DNA of 64,000 nucleotides from Octopus sinensis. Its lineage: Eukaryota. The notes under the pieces were generated by a model, which was not told the origin of the DNA, made no database searches, and worked only from the letters and a program-made list of their open reading frames with translations. A program made the translations under genes and the position numbers. The first letter of the stretch is position 1. The number at the start of each line of letters is the position of its first letter. The stretch is taken from positions 115,258,001 through 115,322,000 of the forward strand of contig NC_043002.1 in the NCBI RefSeq assembly GCF_006345805.1, in the 5' to 3' direction. Positions 24,645 through 37,821 of the stretch are shown here, piece after piece.

Positions 24645-24783
24645 GATATATATATATAGTTGAAGTTTATAGAAAGAGAAAAGACAAAGACAGGTGTATG
24701 AACAACAAGCAAATGTATTAGTTTGATGCTGGGAAAGAGTGAAAAGTCTTTTGCGTTTCGAGCCTATGCTCTTCAACAGAAAG
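24489..24783. mobile_element. Two inverted copies of a short PLE-type terminal repeat around a (TA)n tract
   Basis: 24489-24600 (+) and 24672-24783 (-) share GAAGAGCRTAGGCTCGAAACGYAAAAGACTTT...CTAATACAT...CACCTGTCTT. A third decayed copy lies at about 11447-11530. Confidence 0.7.
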
Positions 24784-25044
24784 GAAGAGAAAATAACCAG
24801 AGAAAGAATGGGGAAAAAAACTTGTAGATTTCACCGGTCTATATTTGTGTGACATGACAGAAGTAAATAGACACCCTATAAAACTTTGTTTTATGTTCAT
24901 TTTACCTTGGAACAGTTTATATTTCTTATTAATTTACATCTTTATGTTTCAGGTTCTATATGTTACTGTTTAATCATGCCATATACAAAAGAAGCTTTGT
25001 AACTGCTCGAATTTCAAAGAGGCCGTATTGACGTTAGAAAATTG

Positions 25045-25630
25045 TAGCCAACAATGAAACACAGCGATTATTCTGTGATGGTCTGGGGAGCAATTTGGAG
25101 CAATGGTCCATCAGAGCTTGTTGACAGTGAGGGGAACATAAATTCAGATAAATATGTGTCTATATTACAGAAAGGAATTCTTCCAATCTTCTCTGGTGGC
25201 GAAATGATAAGAGAAGATTATTTATGGAAGATGGGGCTCTTTGTCACAAGGCTAAAAAGACCCAAGATTGGTTGGAAGAGAATGACATTAAAAAGATTCC
25301 ATGACCAAGCCAGTCACTAGATATGAATTCTATTGAACTCCTCTTGGGTATAATTGACAGGACACTTCGTAAAAACAAGAAAGCATCCTCAAAGCCAGAT
25401 CTTTTGCGATTACTGCATGAAACTTGGCAAGAAATTCCACAAGAGAATATTCGTCATCTGACCAGTAACATGCCTAATAGGGTCCTTGCATTGAAAAATG
25501 CAAAGGGCACGTCTACTAAATATTAGATGTTCATATTATCATAATTAATAAATAATTTGAACGTATAATTTCAGATTTAAATACATTTTAACGATTATAA
25601 AGGTGTCTATATACTTCTGTCATGTCTGTG
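25045..25630 (+). mobile_element. Tc1-like transposase 3' half (pseudogene) with right TIR
   Basis: PTMKH..SVMVWGAI, frameshifted FMEDGALCHKAK, P*PSQSLDMNSIELL (WPxQSPDLNPIE), MPNRVLALKNAKGTSTKY*. Terminus TATACTTCTGTCATGTCTGTG|TA. Confidence 0.88.
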
Positions 25631-26029
25631 TATATACATGCATGCATACGTGCATACGTGCATACATACATACATACATACATACATGCATACATACATA
25701 CATACATTTGTTTCCACATACACATTCACTTTTTTCTCAGGAACAGCCCTGAAATTAATGTCGCCTGGTATGACAACTGATAAAAAATTTACATCGAAAT
25801 AACAGAGGATTTGAAATGCTTACTGGCCAAGTCTGCAGCCATTCCGCTGAGGTTGTTTCAGATACAAACAGGCACATATATATACATATGTGTGTGTGTG
25901 TGTATATAATATATATATATATAATATATATATATATATGCATATATATATATGCATGTATATATGATTGTGTTTGAACGTATATATAGAGGTGTTTATC
26001 TTACATTATACGGTAGCTATGCTGGGATG

Positions 26030-26187
26030 TTTCCTTGAAGAATTTAGTCGAACAGATCGAACCCAATATTTATCTATTTATTTTTAAGCCTCGTACTTAT
26101 TCTATCGGATAATTTTGCCGAACTGCTAAATTACGGGGACGTAAACAAACCGACGAGCGGTGATGGGCGACAAACACACACATACAT

Positions 26188-26227
<40 letters not shown>

Positions 26228-26417
26228 GTGTGTGTGTGTGTGTGTCTATATATACGATGCGCTTCTTTCAGTTTTCGTCTATCAAATCCACTCACAAGCC
26301 TTTGGCCGGCCAGGACAAAATTAAAAGACAGCTGCCCAAAGTGCTGCGCAATGGAACTGAACCTAAGACCACATGCTTGGGAAGCAAGCTTCTTATCCTC
26401 ACAGCCACGCCTGCGTT
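26030..26417 (-). mobile_element. SINE family A
   Basis: Shared body motifs (TTACGGGGACGTAAACAAACCGAC, AAATCCACTCACAAG, ACAGCCACGCCTGCG). Confidence 0.85.
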
Positions 26418-26823
26418 TATGTGAATTTAAAAAATGAGAACCATAAAAATAATATTTTAAACGAAACTTTAAATTCATTGGTGCTTAATTATGAGTTAAC
26501 GTCTCCATCACATAAGTTATTTGGCAAATTCAACCAATGAAATTAAGCTAGTAAGGAAAATGGTTTCATAATATTCAAATTTGTTTGATGGATATTTATT
26601 ATTTCGAATCAGACGATTTCTCAGAGTAGACATGAATTGAACATATGATGTACATTATACTTCAAGCTTCAACTGTTGGTTATTATCTAGTGTCGTGTGT
26701 AGAATATGAATTTGGTAAAATATGTACTAAAACATGAAGAGAGTAAAATTCCAGTTTACTTTGTGTGTTATAAAATCAACGACGCATCACTTTCTCTTCT
26801 TCTCTCTCTTCCTCACTCCCTCT

Positions 26824-26881
<58 letters not shown>

Positions 26882-27750
26882 CTTATATATACATGTATAT
26901 ACTATATATATATATATATATATATGTTTTGTCTGTATATATACATGTATATTATATATATATTATATTTATATTATAATATATATAATTTCGTTGTCAG
27001 AATGTCGTCCTCTCCTTTGATGTTCATTTCCTTACTGTTATGGTCATCATGTAGGGCATATGGCTTTTCTCACATCAGAAGAAAAGGAAAGGTGTTAGAC
27101 TTTTCTTAAGATCGTTAGTATCTGAAAATGTGTTGGCGCCACCAAGTCCAGACAGTGGTTTCCTCCTAGATAAAATGCATTCATTCTAAAAAAGTCAGAC
27201 ACCCACAATATTTACAAAGAATTTCCTATGTATATATTATCACCCAAATTATATATTAACTGTATTTTTTTCATTTCTTATTACCTGCTTTTGTGTAGAT
27301 GTAATATTACATACATATGTTTTTTCTTATATTACATATAATTTATGAGCAAAAAATATATTCATATATAAATACGGGTATTTATGAGTACATAGAAACA
27401 CGCACCTATAAACAAATGCACTCATACACATACTCACACACTTACATTCATGTGTTTGTGTATATGTATGTGTGTATATGTTAGAGAGCGAGAACAGTTT
27501 TAAATTTCCGTGTAATGTTATATACTTCTCAGCAAATTATAACGCGATATTTACAAATAGTGTGATATAGCTTTTGATAATGAACCTTATTTTCTACGTT
27601 TAAATGAAAATATATTGCCTATTAAGATTATGTTCCTTGCAACAATACCAAAGTGTGATTCAGTACCAGTGTGAATGAGGTACTTGATCCCAGCCTCTTC
27701 CTCCGTCTCTTGGAATCGGAAAGAAAATAAATCTTTTAACGTTAGCCTGC

Positions 27751-27766
27751 AGTAACAACAGCAGCA

Positions 27767-27802
<36 letters not shown>

Positions 27803-27810
27803 GAAGCAGT
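27751..27810. repeat. (CAG)n trinucleotide repeat
   Basis: Direct reading; no supporting coding context. Confidence 0.9.
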
Positions 27811-28393
27811 AGTGGAGCCTTGGGAGTCTCTTCTTTCGCATTTCTATTAAATATATTCTGTCCATTTACTCTAATAATCTCTTAATGGTTGTTGTTGTTG
27901 CTTAGCTCTAGGCTAGTTCTAATTGAGCAAGCATATAATTAAAGACACTTCAGCAGTGACCATCCCTACATTAACCAAATGATTAATGTCTTCGCTTTGT
28001 TTAAGATATTAAGATGTCTTATGCGAAATATTTGGCTGTTATTAATAGTAATTAATGTAGCTATATAAGAATCTTCCTAATTAACTTAATTTCTGAAATA
28101 GGTGAGCACCATAGATTTAAAAATAAAACTTCAGAATAATACGATATTGCGGATGAAGGGTGTTGGCCGTCCCAACTAACAAATAAGAGAAGAAGGAAAA
28201 AGCAGTAAATTATGAGATAATGAAAAAAATGTCTACAATATTAAACTGAAAATTCCACTCATTATTGCAAAAAAGACTTTGGTGCGGATGTAAGTATTGT
28301 GAGCATACGTTTTCTCGTAGTCAACGAGCAGCCAACAGTAGATTATATATATATTTATTTATATAATTTATGTATATATACAGGAGTGGCTAT

Positions 28394-28836
28394 AGGCGCA
28401 GGAGTGGTTGTGTGGTAAGTAGCTTGTTTACCAGCCACATGGTTCTGGGTTCAGTCCCACTGCGTGGCACCTTGGGCAAGTGTCTTCTACTATAGCCTCG
28501 GGCCGACCAAAGCCTTGTGAGTGGATTTGGTAGACAGGAACTAAAAAAGCCCGTCGTATATATGTATATATATATATATATATATATAGATATATATTAT
28601 ATATATATATATGCGTGTGTGGTTGTGTGGTCTGTGTTTGTCCCCTAGCATTGCTTGACAACCGATGCTGGTGGTTTATTTCCCGTTACTTAGCGGTTCG
28701 GCAAAAAGAGACCGATAGAATAAGTACTGGGCTACAAAAAGAATAAGTCCCGGGGTCGAGTTGCTCGACTAAAGCGGTGCTCAGCATGGCCGCAGTCAAA
28801 TGACTGAAACAAGTAAAAGAGTAAAAGAGTAAGAGT
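28394..28836 (+). mobile_element. SINE family A, full length
   Basis: Head AGGCGCAGGAGTGGTTGTGTGGTAAG to tail CAGTCAAATGACTGAAACAAGTAAAAGAGTAAAAGAGT. Confidence 0.95.
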
Positions 28837-30062
28837 ATATAAATATATATATAACTAAAGATATATATATAAGATATAATATATTATATATACAGACATA
28901 TTATATATATACATACATATATATATATATACTACATACATATATATATACATACATATATATACATAAATATATATATATATACATAAGATAATATATA
29001 TATATACATACATATATATATATAGACTACATATATATATATACATACATATATATATATACATACATATATACAGACATATATACAGATATATATACAT
29101 ATATATATACATATATATCATATAGATACACATATAGATATACATATATACACATATATACACACATATATACATACTATATACATATATATACTACATA
29201 TATACTACATAGATATATACATACATATATACATATACAATATATATATAGATACATATATACAGATTATATATATTATACATATATATACATATATATA
29301 TACATACATATATACATATATATATACATATATATATACATCATATATATACATATATACATAAGATATACATTACATATATAATACATATATATATACA
29401 TATATTATACATATATATAGAATATATATACATACCATATATATAAAAAAATACATACATATATATATATATCATATATATATACATCTATATATATATT
29501 ATATATATCTATACAATACATATACATATACGTATATATTATATATTATATACATATATATACATATATTATATACATATGATATATACATATATATATA
29601 TATATATAACATTACATATAACATATATATATACATATATATATACATTATACATATATATATATATATACATATACATATACATATACGTATATATATA
29701 TATACATATATATATACATATATATATACGTATATATATATACATATATATATACATATATATATACATATATATATACGTATATATATACATATATTAT
29801 TACGTATATATATACATATATATATACATATATATATACGTATATATATAGATACATAAATATAATATATTATATACGTATTATATATATACATACATAT
29901 ATATATTACGTATATATATATATACATATATATATATATACATACATATATATATACGTATATATATATATACCTACATATATATATACATATATTATAC
30001 GTATATAGATATATACATACATATATAGATAATATATAGATACGGATATATATATACATACA

Positions 30063-30099
<37 letters not shown>

Positions 30100-30222
30100 C
30101 TACATACATATATATATATACATATATATATATACGTATAGATATATATACATACATATATATATACAGACATATATATACATACATATATACATACATA
30201 TATATATACGTATATATATATA
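28837..30222. repeat. About 1.4 kb degenerate (TA)n/(TACA)n low-complexity tract
   Basis: Direct reading. Confidence 0.95.
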
Positions 30223-30580
30223 TGCCAAGGACTCCAAATTGCCATCAAGATGTAGGACAAGATACTGTGATAGCCTGAGCTTCCGAGGCCCACCGCTCTT
30301 CAATATCCTCCCGAAGAACCTGAGGGACCTGCATGGGGTGGATGCGGATGTCTTTAAAGTAGGACTGGATCTCTTCCTGTCAGGTGTCCCAGATGAACCA
30401 ACTTCACGGCAGGAGGTGCAGATGAGGGCAGCTGCATCGAACTCTCTCATGCACCAAATGGCAGTTGCTTAGAAAGCCTTCGTGAAGTAAAATCATGTAG
30501 CAAACCACAAATGCGGTGCCCCAGCATGGCCACAGCTCGTGAGCTGAAACTAGATAAAATAAAATAAAAATAAAATAAAA
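30223..30580 (+). mobile_element. 3' end of a CR1/L2-group LINE with 3' UTR and (ATAAA)n tail
   Basis: [20 protein letters not shown]...[16 protein letters not shown]...[11 protein letters not shown], a typical LINE C-terminus; then GCGGTGCCCCAGCATGGCCACAGCTCGTGAGCTGAAAC and (ATAAA)n. Confidence 0.8.
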
Positions 30581-31159
30581 TATATATAGTATTACAGTGA
30601 TGTAATACTTACAGTGTTTAATAAAATCGAGTAGCGTGAAACAAGTGTACTACTCTACCTCGGATATACTTGTTGCTTATTTTGATTATATATATATAGT
30701 TTGGATTCTTTGCAATCAAATTTGTTTGCAAAGAATTCAAATTTGATGGCAAAGAATACAAACTAGATCAAAAACATATATATACAGAGAGAGAGAGAGA
30801 GAGAGAGAAATTTCTCAAACTCTTTTCCAGAAAGCTCTCGCCGATTTGCAACAAAACCACCTCCAGTGATGACGTTCTTGGCACCAAGGGACATAACTCT
30901 TAACTTAATCTCCTGATCCATTCTTTTCATCATCTTTTTCACAGCAATCACAAACCGGATGTGTCTATTCCCCTCCAACAATAGAGAGCAGTCGCTATAT
31001 TTTGTTTCATAACGGCTATCACTGAAGAGCGCAGGTTTACATAAACGCAGTTAGCTAACACTCCGTTGAACCTCTAGTACGAAACCGATTGGTAAGATCG
31101 GTCGTAATGGATACATAATACTCTGTGTGCGTGCGTGCGCGTGCGTGTGTGTGTGCTCG

Positions 31160-31350
31160 TGCGCGAGAAAATTGTTAAGCGGCATTTCGTCCGTCTTTAC
31201 GCTCTGAGTTCAAATTCTGCTGAGGTCGACTTTGCTTTTCATGCATGCCGGATTAATGAAATAAGCACTAATTGAACATAGGGGTCGATATAATCGACTA
31301 GTCCTCTCCCCTAAAATTTCAAACCTTCTGTCTGTAGTAGAAAGGATTGT
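31160..31350 (+). mobile_element. SINE family B, partial
   Basis: CTGAGTTCAAATTCTGCTGAGGTCGACTTTGCTTTTCAT...GGGGTCGATATAATCGACT. Confidence 0.75.
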
Positions 31351-34300
31351 ATATAGTCACTATCGGATTCAGAACTTAATATTCACGTTACTTGACAGAT
31401 TTTTAGATTTTAGATTTGATGCAAAAATTTTAGAGGCAAACTCCGATCAAAAACACAGCAAAGTCCATCTTCAATTTCAGGTTCACACCAACTAACTTCA
31501 ACAATTACGCTATTATTCTTCGAAAAAATTTGGTTATAATAAATTCCCATTTATCTTTCATAAATACTAGCTAAAAACTCTATTGATATGTTCCACAGTA
31601 TATTATTGAAATGAGAACGAAACTCGCTTAAGCTACCGGTAATTTAATAAATACAAGAATTAGTGATCTGACATGATAGTATCATCCAGACGAGATACTG
31701 GTTGTTGTAATTTACTATTTATGGAGTATTTTACCTCATATTTAAGGAAAAAACTATGGAACAAAATTTCAAACTTTTCCCTTACACATGTTTTATTTTT
31801 TCTTAGTACAAAAATGTAAGGTAATAAGACCAAAAGTTTCCATGTATAGGATCATTTATTATTTAATGGGAATTCATGGAGACCTTTCTACATATCTAAT
31901 GAGACAGACGCGGTACTCTACTTAAATTTTCGCCGTAGAAAATAAGTATAACCAGAGAGTGATTTTCATAGACAGTTTTGGGATAAGTAGGGTTGGTATT
32001 TATCCCAAAATTGAAGGAGGTATTCTATGAGAAATATTTGGTTACTCTTAATAGCAGCTCATGCAACTATATAAGAATCTTCCTAATTATCTCATTTCCG
32101 GATGTAGGTGGGATCCATAGATTTTAAAAACAAAATTTCGTTTCACCCAGAATAAGACAAATTAGATGTCACATCTAGAAGAGAAGCATGTACATTAAGC
32201 TGGGATGAGCAAAAGTGATACGTAGCTTTCTGGGAGAGATAAACAAGTTATTGTAAAAACGGTAAAGGAGACATTTCTTTAAGAATTCTAGTCAACAATA
32301 TATAGGAAGGTTTTAACAAGCAATGATATTTTTTATTTGTTTGTAACCTAGAATGTTTGTATGTGTAGCAGTAACACTGTCCTAGATGCATCAACAATGC
32401 ACAAAGGTGGATTATATTTATGCTTTGTAGCGATCAGTATTCTGGCTCTGACAAGGAATCCTACTTTTTGTAAAACGGTTTTGGAAGTGGCAGAGATAAT
32501 CACAATGATTGTTAAGTTTGGCATTTGTAGCAGCTTCGAGGATTTAAGTTGTACGATGTTTATGCATAAAGGGAGTGTGGTGCAAACTGTTTTCATGATA
32601 TGCATATAACTAGAGCAGATAAAAATTGAGAGCAGACAATAAAGTTGATATAGTAGAAGTTAAAACCGCCATTAAAGATGGCGTTTAATCTTATTTTCAT
32701 CTCATACGATGTTACAATAAAAAGAAGAATAGATTTTAATGGTCGAAATACGCGAAATTTTGTGGAGACAACCTACACTATCTCTGTTAAGTATCCTGAC
32801 AAATATCATATCAAAATACGATGCTTATGTTATTTGTCTGAATCCGTATTAGATGTGCCTTTGTTGAGCCTTTGTATCCTTCCTTTCTATACGCTACAAG
32901 CACCCAATCGCGGCAAAAATCCAAGATATCATTCAGAGTATAAAGCAACAAGTAGGCCAAGTTAGAGAAAAAAACATGATGTAAACCCAGCATCATCTTC
33001 AGAGGAAGTTGTCCTTTCCGCAAGAAAATAATTAAGATACAGAACAAATACATTTATCAAATATATTTAGATGTTTCTAACTATCTAACGTATACGGAAA
33101 ATAATGCGTTGGACGTACTTTGTGATACTTCCATACGTCTAAATAAGTCTGGACGTTCTGCCATCGGAGGAATTTAAACCACTCTGCAAGGCCCGGTCGG
33201 CCGATTGAGGAAAATATATCATAATTGACATACTGTCAGATATACTAGTTTTTGCTATTCGTTAACACATCTTTTCTGGGTCATGAACCAATCTTCAAAC
33301 TATCCAATCTTCAAACCCTCATCTTTCTGCTTCCTTTACAGATAACTTTTGTGTGAATATATATAATATGTGTCGGTTTGTATTCTGTCATTTGTAACTT
33401 CAACACAGGAGAGTCTCTTTTTCAAGTAGGGACTTTATGAAATTTTACTCATCATACATTGAAGGACAAATCTTTCAATTTACAATTTAATATAGTGGAG
33501 CATTTAGTATATGTATATATATATATATATATATTACCTATTATATACATTATATTATTTTTGTAATTTACTTAATCTTTACTTTTTAATTGTCATCTTA
33601 ATTTTAACTTTTCTATGATATGCAATTTTCTAGATGGTGTAATTTAATTGTTCATTTTGAATTGATAAAAGGTGTTCTTTTCTAATAGTTTATGTATATG
33701 TATGTATATATATATATATATATATAGTGGTATAAATATCAACACAATTATTTCTCCTTCCTCCTTTTTCTCCTCTCTTCCCTTCTCCAAACTCACAGAC
33801 ACCCACACACAGACACACACACACACAACTCCACAAAACAATCATAAAAAGAATTCTTTTTCTCTAAACCCAAAAAACCATTTGACCATCCCTCATTAAA
33901 CACACACATACACACACTCTCTCAATGATAAAAAGAAATATAATTTATGGTCTACCTCCCCGCCACCACACACTCAATAACACTATGAAATGGTCAAAAC
34001 TGAAATTCTTTTTCCCCAAGATCTTAGACCCCCCTTGGAGTAAGCATCCTGTCCAGCAGAGCAAAAAATATTCTTTTCTTCTTCTTCCTTCTCCCTTCCC
34101 CTCTTTTTCTTTAGCACTCATTCCAAATACAAAAACACACACACATACACACTCTCACTTTCTCCTCATCCATCACCCTCTTGTACTGTCTTATACTCCT
34201 CCCCACCACTACAAACTCAATACCACTAAACAATGGTCAAAACTTTTCACACAGGAACTTACTTTGATTTGAAAAGCCCACTAGAATGGGAGAAAGCGCT

Positions 34301-34396
34301 GATACATGATCTAAGTTATATGATGTATAAAAAATGTAATATACCTGTAAATATAAACCATCCGATTTTCTGAGTACCTCATTTCTTCTAATATAT

Positions 34397-34427
<31 letters not shown>

Positions 34428-34479
34428 TATTTTATCACTAATATCGAGGTCTCTTTCATTCTATATATATATGACATAT

Positions 34480-35751
34480 ACAGGACACATGAAAAAGATA
34501 CCTCGATGATTGTTTCATAATTTTGACCAAGTCCCTAGAAAATCTGGAAGAATTCAGCACCCTTCTCAATAATCTACACCCAAGTCTTAAATTCACAAGA
34601 GAAATTAACGACACACAATTACCATTCCTAGACATAATGGTAATTAAAAAGAACACCACAATCACAACTGATATTTATTACAAAAGCACAGATCCACACC
34701 AGTACCTAAATTTCAAATCATGCCACCCAACACACACAAACCGCAACATCCCGTACTGTCAAGCCAGGATAAGTTGACAATAGTCAATGATTCAAATACC
34801 AAAAGTACACGACTTATCGAACTCAAAGGATTTCTGCTCGAGCAAAATTACCCTCTCCTACTTGTAGAAAATAGCATACAGCGAACACAAAAGACACCTA
34901 TAGAACACGAAAAAGACGAACCCATCAAAGGAACACAATACCATTTCTAGTAACACACAATCCGCATCACCAAAGCATTTTTAACATCATCAAAGCAAAT
35001 TAGCCAATCATATACCAAGGTGAAAAATTAAAAAAACATAATAACTAATCAAACACTTATCTTAAGCAAAAGACAATCACATAACCTAAAGAAACTATTA
35101 ACAAAGACATGAACAAACGGGATAACACATTCACAGTATTCAAGTGTAATGATAACAGATGTGGAACGTGTCAATACAATTTTACCGGTAGATCCATTAG
35201 AACAAAAAATTGGCAGATTTTCGTAAATGCAGATATGAACTGCAAAAGCAGAAATTTTATCTACTGCATTTAATGACCGAATTGCGGGCAATTATATGTA
35301 GGTGAGACAGGGAATGCATTTCCGAAACGCTCACGAGTCCACAGACAACAAATCCGGAACGCCAATGATCGCCAAATTCCATTGAGCGAACATATAAAGG
35401 CATATGGTCAGAAAATGCTTCTAATTTATCCTTTCCACAAACTACGTGACACAATTGAGGCTGGAAGAAAGACAAAAGAAAAACGATTTATTAAAATGTT
35501 CAAACCTGTTCTGAACGGAAATAACAGCAATAATATAACAACCAGTTAAGGATCAGGGGATTAATAAATATAAACAAGTTGCAGAATATCGGTACGCCTA
35601 GAAAACCGTGTTGTTTAAGAGCTTGCGGATTGATCAAAAAGGTATCTAAAAATTCAGCTGGTTGGAGTGGTACTAAAGTTGTCAAGAACTCAACTGTCAG
35701 TTAAACACATTTGAAATATGATGATACGTTATGCATGAAAGCGCTAATTTT
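34480..35751 (+). mobile_element. Penelope-like element remnant (RT C-terminus, GIY-YIG, 3' region)
   Basis: LNNLHPSLKFTRE...LPFLDI...TDIYYKSTDPHQYLNFKSCHP..NIPYCQAR (PLE RT thumb); NCKSRNFIYCI...CGQLYVGETG...RVHRQQIR (GIY-YIG); frameshifted. Confidence 0.9.
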
Positions 35752-36022
35752 GTTAAAATACCATAATAAAAAGCCTTAAAACCAGATTGTTTTAACTTTA
35801 TTCAACTGATATATTATTCTATATACTTTCACACAAATTCGAATATATATTTAAGGTAGAAAATATATTAGTGGGAAACATACGTGGTGGATATATATAG
35901 AAAGAGAAAAGATGAAAAAACAGATTTGTTTTACAGGATTTAAGAGTATATTAGAGCCATGATAAGAAAGATGTTATACAATTTTGTACAAAATAAGGTT
36001 TCGTTCTATCAACATAACTGAA

Positions 36023-36750
36023 GTAAGGACCGGTTTCGCATTGCTTCTGAAGCTGAAAGTTGAAAAAGATATATTGCTAAGGGGGGGGAATGTATATTGC
36101 TAGGGGAGAACATTGTTCACTCATTTATTTTTCAGTAAAGGGGAGGTAAATCGGTATTTTTTTTTTCTTGTTCTCTATTTACATTAGATGGGGTAAGTCC
36201 TTTATTTTTATTGCGTTCATATTTAATACTAGTTTATATTTTTGGATAAATAAGGCTTCTCTATTCAGTCTTATTTCTGTTGAGGTCCAGAAAGCAAGTT
36301 GATAAAATGGGAAAATTACGAATTGTGGTTGTAGTAAATCGTAAATTCGTCAATGTGTTGATTGAGGTATATTTGGCGATATTGTGGGGAAGAAATTTGT
36401 TGTCTATAGACCGTACATCTCTTTCAGATCAAATTTCCTGTGGAGCCAATATAGTTTCGATGGCAGTCCGAGCATCTGATTACGTAAATGAGATTTTGGC
36501 AGGGGCGGATAAAATTAGATTTGATTTCGAATATTTGCCCTTGTCTGAAATGGAATTCCGATTTTTCCAACAGATTCAGATAAGCTACGCAGTTAGGGCA
36601 ACCACGCTTTACGACGCTTGCGCCGTTGTTATAGAGGATAGTTTGGCATTGGTAAGAATCTTCTTCAATGTCTTAGGTTGTTTGCTGCTCTTAATGATTT
36701 TATGGTTACGTAGAATTTCTTTAACTTAGAAAATTCCTGGTTATCATCTC
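36023..36750 (-). mobile_element. Second Penelope-like element remnant (GIY-YIG), convergent with the first
   Basis: Minus strand QPKTLKKILTNAK...QNLIYVIRCSDCHRNYIGSTG...YRQQISSPQYRQIYLNQHID. Confidence 0.8.
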
Positions 36751-36827
36751 CATTTTGGATGAGAAATCACACACACACATATATATGTATACTGCTTATC
36801 CTATGGTCATTTTATCCTATGGCCTTC

Positions 36828-36866
<39 letters not shown>

Positions 36867-36870
36867 TATA

Positions 36871-37335
36871 CAGGAGTGCCTGTGTAGGCGCAGGAGTGAT
36901 GTGTAGGTACAGGAGTGACTGGGTAGACACAGGAATGGTTGGGTAGGCGCAGAAGTGGCTGTGTAGCATGAAGCTTGCTTCCCAATCACATGGTTCCGAG
37001 TTCAGTCCCACTGCGTGGCCTCTTGGACAAGTGTTTTCTACTATAGCCGCTGGCCGACCAAAGCCTTGTGAGTGGATTTGGTAGGCGGAAACTCAAAGAA
37101 GCCCGTCGTATATGTGTGTGTGTATGTATTTGTGTGTCTGTGTTTGTCCACCCACTATCGCTTGACAACCGATGTTGGTGGGTTTACGTCCAAATACTTA
37201 GCGGTTCTGAAAAAGAGACCGATAGGATAAGTACTAGGCCTGCAAAGAATAAGTGCTGGGGCTGATCTGTTCGACTAAAGGTGGTGCTTCAGCACGAACG
37301 CAGTCAAATGGCTGAAACAAGTAAAAGAGTAATAG
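36871..37335 (+). mobile_element. SINE family A with five-fold amplified head
   Basis: Five ~20-bp CAGGAGTGGCTGTGTAGGCG-like units, then normal body and tail. Confidence 0.9.
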
Positions 37336-37419
37336 AGAACATAAAACTACTTATGTATATAGAAAGGAACAGATAGATAGAAGAGAGAGAGAGAGAGTCA
37401 GATAGATATATGCACATAT

Positions 37420-37433
37420 ATATATATATATTG

Positions 37434-37465
<32 letters not shown>

Positions 37466-37489
37466 CACAAACGCACACGTACACACACA

Positions 37490-37524
<35 letters not shown>

Positions 37525-37773
37525 ATATATACATATATATACATATATATACATATATATATACACATATATATATACACATATATATATACATATATAT
37601 ATACTATATATATACATATATATACATATATATATACATATATATATACATATATATATATACAATATATATATACATATACATATACTATACATATATA
37701 TATATATATACATATCATATACATATATATATATAATACATATCATATACATATACATATATATATATATACA

Positions 37774-37820
<47 letters not shown>
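37420..37820. repeat. (TA)n-rich tract
   Basis: Direct reading. Confidence 0.95.

Positions 37821-37821
<1 letters not shown>

Noticed and set aside
26995-27170. Candidate minus-strand exon after a TTTTATCTAG acceptor
   Set aside because: All three frames stop before the nearest donor.
27587-27865. Poly-Cys or poly-Gln coding exon around (CAG)n
   Set aside because: No AG acceptor at the pyrimidine tract and no recognisable protein; treated as a microsatellite.
31015-31065. CTGAAGA...AAACGC hammerhead-like motif
   Set aside because: GAAA core mutated and stem I does not pair.
36280-36729. 149-aa plus-strand ORF
   Set aside because: It is the antisense of the PLE GIY-YIG remnant.
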